DNA from: Kondoa subrosea | Taxonomy: Eukaryota | Reading direction: 5' to 3' | Length of the DNA: 51,299 nucleotides | Assembly (NCBI GenBank): GCA_039545335.1 | Contig: BCIN01000007.1 | Coordinates: 992,001 to 1,043,299 of the forward strand | In this document: piece by piece, positions 41,702 through 51,299 of the stretch | Numbering within the stretch: position 1 is the stretch's first letter | Layout of the letters: each line of letters starts with the position of its first letter | Program-made: the position numbers and the translations under genes | Notes under the pieces: generated by a model | What the model was told of the DNA's origin: nothing | Seen by the model: the letters and a program-made list of their open reading frames with translations, nothing else | Databases searched by the model: none

Positions 41702-44700
41702 CTAGCCTGCAAACAACCGCATAATCAAGTAACACGTACTTCCGAAGAAGCGAACCACGCTCACTACGCAAGAGATCAGCGAGATTCTATCTCAATAGAG
41801 CTGACTTACTGAAAGTAACGAAAACGAGAATTACTACCATATAGATTTGGACTATTTTAGAAGAGCCAGTGCTCCCTGCAAGCAACGTAGATGGGGTAGC
41901 TGCTGCATCTTTGTCAGCTCTTCGCATCAGTCGGGTTGACGAAGAGTGCCTCGAAGGTGTCGCTGGTGAAGAAGAAGAGGAAGGAATCGCGAAGGTTTGC
42001 GTCATATCACCATGCAGAATCAAAGCGGCCAGAAGAGCATTCCTGAATAAAGATCAGATTCAGTTATCATGATCTAGATTTCACTAACGATAGAGTCCAA
42101 GCCAGAAGAACATTCGTTCGTACTGAGCGGTAGTAGTCTTGCTTGAGGACCTCACGTTCGCTTGCACTCTTGGCCGGAGGAATGAGCCGCGGTCGCGTTT
42201 TGAGCGAGTGGAGAGCTTCATCGTAGGAAAGATCTGCAAAGCGATAAGTATAGCCCTCAAAGCTGAAAATCAACGAACCAATATCTAGAGACACGAGTAA
42301 GCAGAAGCATACATGAACAATAGAGGGAGCTCACCGGTTTGAGACGTGGGTAAGATTATTTCGACAGAATCTTTACCGGCAGAGCGAACTACTCCAAGGT
42401 CTGTCTCTTGGGAAGTGATTTGCTTCGTGCCCCATGCTTGGTTTCACTTAGCTAGCTAGAGAGCAGGGAAGTCATTGGCGGACGTACAGAAGTCATGCAA
42501 CTAAGAAGAGATGGAGAACACTTAGATAGCTCACATCGCTAATTGGGTTCACTTACATTTGCAAAAGCGTAAACATTGAAGACGTTGATGTAGACGGATT
42601 GCATAAGGAGATCTGCCGAGTCTTAGCCAAATTCGTACTCTTGCAATCAACTCACATTGACCCATCGAAGTGACCAGATGCCATGGATCCAGAGCCATTA
42701 CACTTGACACAAAGTAGACTCCATAGGTAACGACCAGACTCAGAATAATTTGAGCATAAACCATCGATTCTCCCATGTTCTTGAACGCTCGGACACAGCA
42801 GATAGCTGCTGCTGCCAGCATATAGCAAGTGAGAAGGCAGAAGATCGCTATTACTGTCATCTGTGAAAAAGAGCAATGGCATGTTGAAGCTGAATCTTGT
42901 CCGACAGGAAAAATCAACGTACATATTTCCATTTGCTCGTGGAAGGTCTGATGAAGCAACGTCAGCGCTTAAAATGGATAAAGAATAGAAGTAGCCTAAC
43001 CGATTGCCCATTGCGAACAGCATCACAGCGATCAAACACCCGCAATAAGTGTATTGAGCAAAAATATTGATAATCTTGATTCCCTTAATGTGAAACGACG
43101 GATCTTCGAGAGAGGAGGTGAGGATCATGAAGAAAGTGAAGAAGTTTCCCAAACTGAACCAAGCGAAGAGTAGATTGAGAAAGCTGCGATGGCCATCGTC
43201 AGATCATCTCTAGGCAATAGCCCAACAAGAACTGACTTATAGAAGGCTTCAAAGAGAAGCACGATCTTGCGTATTGCAGTGTGCCAGACGAAGGTGAGCA
43301 CAATCAGGTTGCTATAAACGAAGTCCTACCTCAGATTGGAAAAGTTGGAAAACATGGGTAAGAGCATATATCTGTATGGTCGTCAGTCAACCGGCCATTT
43401 GAGTTTTGTTTTCTGGCAAAGACCTACCGCCGCGAAGAAAGATCCATTCAGCCATCGCCTTCGTTGCGATATAAGTTCGGCAGCTGTGTCCTAATGTCCT
43501 TTCAGCCTGTATAGACTGTACAGAACATAATGTTCCACTCACCGGCACATCAGTCTCTCCTTGCGCACTCCGAACATATTTCAATACCCATTTGCTGTTC
43601 CGTTTTGCGACTAGCTCCCAACACAAAATCCGATCTTCTGCCAAGTACATGTTGCTGGAGAAGACATCAGCATCATGACCTGCTAGTGTTTCTCCCTTGA
43701 AGTATGATGCCAAAGGTCTGACAACTCGGTCAGCATACTTCATAGGAGCAAAAGAAAGCCATTTACCCTTGCCCGCATGCGTCGTTCAGCAGAGCGATAT
43801 ATCTGTACGCGGAGAAAGCACCAGGAAGCACACTAATATAACCAAAAGCGCTCTCAGTCGGTTTGTCCAAAATATCTGCGATAGTCGTGAGCGATGGGCA
43901 CAAAGCGCTTAATCAACTGCTCACTCGATATCTTATACTGCAAGGAGATATCAGCTCATATTCACGTAGTGCACTATACAGAATGTCTAACTTCGAAGTT
44001 TTGCGCCGCAATCTGATCACGTATAAGCGCTTGGATGACACAACCAACTTGACAAACTCACTAAAGGGTTCAACAGGCCAACGCCAAATTTGCCTAGACC
44101 GCTGACGATCTCACCACAAGCCCCGCCAACATTACTGTTTAAGTTGAAGGTCTTCCATCTGCCAATGTATTAGATTGCAATCAGAGATGTAGTCAAGAAT
44201 ACTGACAAATAGTATAGACTCTTTGGACCTGGTAGAGTTCCTACATCGAGCAGTACGCAAATATTCGGCTGCAACATAGGCGCGAAGGCATTCTACAATT
44301 TGAGCCGCAATCAGATTAGCCAGAGACTTTCAAGGTGGGTCCTACGCACAAAGAACCATCTGTGGGAGTTGATCTTCTTTGCATTGTTCTCTTTTATGCA
44401 AAGAATGATTTGTGTAGGTACGATGCCTTTCTCCAACCCTCTGAACTTAAGGTCTGGTGTGACCGAAAGCTGAGTTGTGTATTCGTAAATATGCCTGCTT
44501 ACACATCAGCCGCATAGTCAGAGCGCGAAAGGGTAAGCTAACGATACTACTGGTTTCTGTTGGCCGTCTTGTTCGACGATCTGCATTACTAATCAGTTTG
44601 CGATACAACGGAGAAAGTCAACTGAAACACACATTCTTTGCAACTCCAGGCTGATAGACTCCCATGGAGCTCAGAACGTCGAGTACACGAGGATGCACTT

Positions 44701-45875
44701 TCTTCCTACCGTCCTGTGCGTTGTAGTCCCAGACCTCAGCTCGTAAACGGAGCTAAGATTGAGATCAACGCACCATAACAATACACACGACAACCTTTTT
44801 CCAACCATCTTTACCCCATGTAGAAGATTTCTCTCTCGAACACAGATGCGCTATATTCTTTTGTACATTGTACATTGTTCGGCAAAACAAGACTTCATCT
44901 TCACAGTACGAAGTAATGCAGATAGCCAATTCCGTTTCTCTATTGAGCATAGCAGGTCGAACGGTGAATTGATTCTTTTCAAAATCATCAGGATCGCAAG
45001 TCACTGCGCTGTATCGCATGAATCGAAATTCTTCTTGATCTTTTCTCGGTAAGAAGCTTGTTAGACGTGATGGAATTGGACAGTCGAGAATCTGGGAAAG
45101 CGGACGATCTCAGTTGTCGAATATCCTTCGCGATTGCTTTAGGCTCACTAGATTGCCATGGGTAAGAGCAACTCGTTTTTTTGTCTTATTTCGACGTAAT
45201 TGAGGACCAATAGGAGCCGGACCGAAATGAGGATTGAAAGGTTCATCTTCCTGTTGCGAGAGTATAGATTTGCCAGAATGTGAAGATAATGAAGCAGCAT
45301 CATAGTCTTGCTCTTTGCTCGGAAATTCAGAATAGTACTGGACAGGCGTATAATCGTAAGGTTGAGATGTTGCTGGATAGTTTGGAGTATAGTCATATGT
45401 TGGAGCAGATTGTTGTACAGCTGTGGCTTGGCTATTTTCTAGCAGATAGCGTTCTACAAAGGCATCTTCGTTATCTCCTGCCGGAGCGGGGTTATACGCT
45501 GGTTCATAAGCATTGCTGAATGTCTGATATTGCGGTTGCCTGTTGCTGTCCGCAAATGGAGAATGGCCAAGATGAGCTTGATGACCTGCTTCCGAGCTGT
45601 GTATCGAAGTCTGGGCAGGTGTGCCGTAGCGATATGGATCAGGGTGAGCATCCAAATCCTATGACATATTGAAAAGTAAACATTCAGCTTGCCAAGTGTT
45701 ATGCATGCAAGGGCAGGAGACTGACGATGTTGAGGGCGTCTGCATCTCTATCGTAGGGATCTTCAAAGTAGGAGCCAGTCATCGAAGCTGGTCTTACAGC
45801 TCTTGGCGAATGCAAAGGTGCTGTTTCATACTGATCTTGTACATGAATTTTCGGAGACTGCACGCGCCTGGCCAT
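41702..45875 (-). CDS. Chitin synthase, division 1 (class II-like)
   Basis: [64 protein letters not shown] and [12 protein letters not shown], then C-terminal TM helices ending MRLFAG*. Confidence 0.93.
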
Positions 45876-46146
45876 GTGCGCTAATTACTGAAGGGTATAA
45901 TGCACAAAGAGCAAGAGGGATATCACGTTGCACGGTCAAAGGAGCAATTTTGTGAAATCAAAACAAAGAACTCGCTCAGTGGTCGCAAGAGAAGTCTTGA
46001 GAAATTGAATTCTGCTCAGCAGGATGGTCCGAAATGTATCACATAGCAAGTCTATATGAATAATGATAAGTCCATCCTGTAGAACCCTTTGCGAAAAACG
46101 ACAACAATACTGTACTTCTCTTCTCTGGTGGAGACAATCGATATCT

Positions 46147-49100
46147 TCAACCCGTAAACAGCCAACCGACGAGATACGTCGCAGCGCCGATGAAACGGAT
46201 CGCTGCCAATCCAGCAACACTGTAGGGTGAACAAATTGATTAGCGGTAATCACCGCAAATCAGCTTGGTCCTTACCTATACAGTAGGAAAGTCATATAGA
46301 TGTTGACAGTCGTATTACCTCCTTGCGAAGATATGCTAGCGCCGGCGCCAGTAGATCTGCGGCAGAAGATTAGCGGAGTATTCGGAATGCGAAAGATATT
46401 ACTCACAGAATACCAGCTACCAGAGCACCATTGGATATAGTCCAAGCCATGACGACCTGTACGGCGATCAACTCGTTACTTTCACACAGTCAAATTATTC
46501 AATAAAGCGCACATTGGTACGGATGTTTTTGTAACTGGCATTCCATGACATGTTAGCGATCGCTGATAGGACAAGTCATTCCGACGCACCTGTCTTGGAC
46601 TCTCGTTTCAGCATCTACAGTAGCTTTCGTCTCAGGTGGTCGCTTCGATAATACGGCCCAAGCATCGTCATATGCCTACAAGGCATATCAGTGGCTGACT
46701 GCTGATAGCGGGAAACGAGACTTACATCATCAATATCTTTGGCATCCGCTGGAACGTTGACATCGACAGCATTATCTTTGCCCTTGACAACTCCGAGATC
46801 CAATTCGACCGTGCTAGATTCACGAGTAGGTACGGACACGCGGAAAGATGAGAGTGAACTTACTTATCACCCTTTGTACCCCTAAGTGAACAGTCAAATA
46901 TGTCTCATTGGATTAGCTAGACCACTCACCAAGAGACGTCGTGGACCTGCAGTGCCAAATTAGCATACACCAAGCAGAAAAGCATTGCACGTACATTACA
47001 GAATGCGTATACATTGCTAGAAGAAAGAAAGTCAGCAACAGTACTTTGGAGGTTCTATCGTCCTCACATGATATTGGTGTAAGAAGGCGCCATGAGCAAA
47101 TATTGGCCGAAACTTGTTACCATATGCCAAGGCTAGAAAGATCTGTCAGAAGGAAGAAAAAGACGGTGCAATAGTGTACATACATCGAAGAACATCAGAC
47201 TCGCTAGCACATAAAGCCCGAACGTAGCCAAAAGAGATAGAACGATGTTGCGGAAAACTGTAGAATTGTCGCAATCAAAGAGAGGTTGAGATCTCTCGGA
47301 ATACATCAACCTACTAGAATTATCGAAGACTTCTGATGCATTTATGCCACCGCCAGCTTCATTGGCGTTCTTGACATTGATGATACCTTTCACGGCCAAG
47401 AAAACAGCAGCGAACTGTATGATCCAAGAGAACACAATCAGCAAATGTGATTGGGTTACCCCTTTGGCATACCGTCATGTATATCGTAATGAGAGCGAAA
47501 ACTACAACAGCGGTTGTGAAAGTCTTATTCGAGCCTTGAGGTCGATTACCCATAGCGAGCAGGAAACACATGATAAGAAGAGCGAGATAGATGTCTGCTC
47601 TACGAGTGAGCTCGAATCGCAAGAACATGACATGTTTCACACACAGTTCAGCACGGTATTGAAATCTAGCTAGATTTAAGTACTGCACTCCTGATGTTAG
47701 AGAAAGACATACATTGAATACCCTTGAGGTCAAAAGAGTCGTCTTCGAGAGACTTGGTGAGAATGCGGAACGAGATATACCAATTTGCCTATATCGAGAT
47801 CAGCAAATGCCCGGATACTTGAAGTGCAAAGGCTCACCAGCGCAAACCAGGCAAATACCATATTGAAAGTTGTGTAGAAGACTTCGACATGCAGCCAGGC
47901 CTTTCGTAGGAAGCCGTGCGATGATCGGTACAGGTAGCCAAAGTGCACAACGGAGTGTATAGCAGCAAAAAATGAGCCTGTAGAGAAAACCTTCAGCACT
48001 GCATCGCAATGCGAGGCTAGGCTCGCCAAGATCTCTTACCATTTAGCCATCTTCTTCTTTGGGATATTAGTTCAGGTAAAGAATCGGGCACATCGGTGAT
48101 AGCCTGAACAAGGAAGTCAGCACGGGACACGACCATAACAGAGCGCCTTACATATGCACTCTTGACATAATGCAGCAGCCATTGGCTGTCTCGCTTCGAG
48201 ACAAGCTCCCAGCATAAAATTCTAGATCCCCTGTCAGCTATACGCAAGCGAAGTTGAAACCAAGCGTACCTGTCCTCAGCCAAGTACATGTTTTTCGTCC
48301 ACAAATCGGTATCAGGTGAAGTGTGTAGAGTCTCGCCTGCGACCATATCAGCCTTTGTTGAGCTTCTGTAGGAGTGCACCAACCTTTGAAGTATTCGCTC
48401 AGAGGGCCATGGCCGTTGACGTCGTTCTGCAGTGCTATGTATCGATACGCTGAGAAAGCACCAGGTAATACTGAGATATAGCCGAAAACACTTTCTGTAG
48501 GCTTGTCCAAAATATCTGTAACTAGTCAGATAAATCCGATCCCTCTTTGATGCAAGGCTTACTTGACATCTTGTACTGTAAGAGAAGAACAGATCAGCTA
48601 TGGACACAGCCAAATAAACGATCTGTCTTACCTCAAAGTTTTGCGCTGCTACCAGCGGATTGAGTAGATTGCTGTAGTATTTGCCTTTCAGCGCTACAAT
48701 CTCTCCACATGCACCTGACCGAATGTTAGCTCGGTTGGACGGGTATGCTAGAGCACAACTTACCCGCAACATTCGAGTTTACATCAAAGGCTTTCCACAA
48801 ACTGTCAAATTTGTCAATACATGTTTGGGTGCTCCTGTGGTTGAGCTCACTGATATATGGAAGTTGGACCAGGAGCAGTACCGCCATCCAGAAGGATGCA
48901 AACATTTGGCGCTAGGACATCTGCGAAAGCATTGAAGAACCATCTATGCGAGTTGATCTTCTTCTGATTCTTCTCTTTCAGGCAGAATAAGACCTGAACA
49001 GGGACGACTCCTTTCTCGCTGCCGTGCGGTTGTAGATCTGGGTCAACCGATACTGTAGGTAATTAAAGGTACCAGTCAGCAGCTGATGATACAGCAAGAC

Positions 49101-50320
49101 CTCCTCGACCTACTTTGCGTTGTACTGTAGTATAGATTGAGCTAATTTACGGCGTCTACTCTGTGAAGACTTACTACTCGTAAATATGCCCCGTAACAGG
49201 TTTGCCATTGACGACGTTCTTAGCTACTCCTTCTTGATAAACACCCATAGCAGCCAGCACACTCAATGTTCTTGAATTCACTTTCGCTCTTCCATCCGCG
49301 ATCACGCAGACGACGACTTTCTTCCACCCATCTTTGCCCCAAGTTTTTGATCGGTCTCGTTTGCACAAGTGAGCTATATTTTTCATTACGCTATGCATCG
49401 TTCGAGTGAAGAGTACGTCGTCTTCCTGTCAATGAAGAGGTAAACCGTCAGCTGTTGGACTCAGCATGTACGACCTATCCTACTGACGTTGTAGAGTGTA
49501 ATGACAATGAAGAGTTCCGTTCGACGAGGATACAACAACTGCCGAAGAGTATATCGTTGTGCTTTGAAATCGTTCGGATCGCATGTGGCTGCCGTATATC
49601 GCATATGTGTCATTTCTCTATCGGTCTTGTTTGCACACATTTGAAGTAGTTTGTCCGGTACTTGTACATCTCTAGCATCTTTCTTCAGCTCCTTCTAACA
49701 GTATGATTGAAGTGAACATACAAGACTAGATTGCCTTGGTACAGCTCTACACGTTTGATCGTCTTAAATCTTCTAGGCTGTCGACTCGGGATTTTCCCAT
49801 ACCGAACCATCGAAACATCTTCTGACGGATCAACGAAACCACCAGGAGCATAATGACCTTGATCGTCTTTGCCGTAAGCATCATTTGGCAGAGCGTGAGG
49901 GTCGTAGCTTGATGGGTTTCCATCTCGAGCTGGATCATTTAACAAAGGTAAATGATGATCGTAAGCCGTATCATCTATTGGTTGTTGAGCAGCTGGATCT
50001 ATGAAAGGATCAGAGTAACCGGAAGAACCTGAAGGATGAGAATCATAGCCCGGTCGCGTATTGGCATAAGGGTCTTGCAAGTACGTAGAAGGGTTATGGT
50101 AAGGTTGCTGAAGATGAGAAGGAGGTGGTGAGAAGGCTCTACTGCCCAAGTCTTGATGCAGTTGAGCTGGTGCACTTGCACTGCCTGGAATCGGCAGAGG
50201 TCCACGAGCGTAATGCACGGGTTGCTGCGCTGGAGAGTCGTGTAGGGGATAGCTGTTGTACTGTCCTTCTAAGTGATCGTCATAGGGATCATTCTGCGAG
50301 TAGCCTCCAGGGTAGGCCAT
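46147..50320 (-). CDS. Chitin synthase, division 1 (class I/II-like)
   Basis: Y/P/D-rich N-terminus [11 protein letters not shown], then [59 protein letters not shown] and QRRRWLNG, ending WLFTG*. Confidence 0.93.
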
Positions 50321-50870
50321 TGCTTCGGTGCGAAGTCAAAACACTCTGCTCTTTCTTAGACTTCCACTCGAGATAGGAGTTCTCTTGCAAGTGACAGCGG
50401 ACGTCAGAGTGAGAACGACCGAATGGACCGCGAATAGAAGCGCCTTGCGTGAAGAAGAGTCGCCGTACTTGGGCAGCCTTCAAACAGGAATTACTTGGAA
50501 TTGCAGAAGACATCTTTAAGTATTGCTCTGGTAAATGGGATGGCTCTTCAGTCATGAGAAAGCGTACACTTGCAAACATGTCGCTCGGCGCATCACACTT
50601 CGGCTGGTCTGATTTCTTGATTGGCTTGAACATATACAAGTACAAAAGCCCTGGTCTGCCTCTGTCTCCTCTGCTCTTCTATCTGGCTCAGATGTTGCTG
50701 TTAATCTCACGTCGTCGTAATGCTGTTTTCCGATCTTTCGAGCGACTTCTTCTCAATGTCCGTCTACTCTAGCTGCTTTCCTAACGTCGATACGTCTTAC
50801 TCAATTAAGCTGACCCGATGCATGCTCACTCAAAGCAGCCTCTCATTGCTAGTCGCTCTTCTTCTGCAAA

Positions 50871-51251
50871 GACGGTTTTGAATTGGAAGAGACTGATGAG
50901 GAGAAGAAAGCAAACGAAGAATCGAAAGCTTGACCAAAGTCATGAAGGACAACCTTGGTGACAAGGTCGAGAAGGTCGTCATCTCAAACTTGCTCAGCGA
51001 TCCTCCTGCTGTTCTTACAACCGGCCAATTCGGCTGGTCGAGTAACATGGAACGGTAAGTGCATGAGATTCTATATTGCTCCTTCTTGAAGCTTATTTGT
51101 CTCTCCGCAATAGTATCATGAAGGCTCAAGCTCTTCGTGACTCTTCAATGAGTTCATACATGCAAAGCAAGAAGACTCTTGAACTCAACGCTTCTCACCC
51201 TATCATCATTGAGCTGAAGAACAAGGTCGCTGAAGATGCTGCAGATAAGAC
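50871..51251 (+). pseudogene. 5'-truncated, frameshifted HSP90 fragment (C-terminal region); continues past the window end
   Basis: [17 protein letters not shown], a frameshift, then [21 protein letters not shown]...[43 protein letters not shown]. No Hsp90 ATPase or middle domain lies upstream. Confidence 0.8.
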
Positions 51252-51299
51252 GTACGCTTGCGTTTGATGATGTTTTTGCTACGATCAAGCTCACATGTC

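Noticed and set aside
50449..50772. 107-aa ORF upstream of the HSP90 fragment
   Set aside because: No similarity to Hsp90 or any family I recognise. It lies in the chitin synthase promoter region.

Overview
This is eukaryotic, gene-dense, intron-rich fungal DNA. It looks basidiomycete (inferred from protein style and intron density): most introns are about 45-65 nt, GT..AG, with CTRAY-type branch points, and there are many microexons. Reading the exons by hand gives about 23 protein genes. These are a partial ABC-transporter-like gene, a WW protein, MSS4, VPS24, TSR3, AIP1, a small membrane protein, SLT2/MPK1 MAPK, a secreted CHRD protein, two inverted F-box-like paralogs, alpha-tubulin, RPN3, two tandem single-pass membrane proteins, a secreted 5'-nucleotidase-like phosphoesterase, GET5, CSN4, an intronless AT-hook/bZIP factor, a hypothetical gene, YPK1 and two tandem chitin synthases. 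The ORF track misses a solitary 5S rRNA gene, a spliced MYND-finger relic, a truncated and frameshifted HSP90 fragment, a start codon split by an intron, a GC-AG intron right after an ATG, and a 4-nt exon. I found no transposon or CRISPR array and no clearly novel multi-gene system. The best system-level lead is an inferred cell-wall-integrity neighbourhood. Gene ends are manual splice reconstructions and may be off by an exon.
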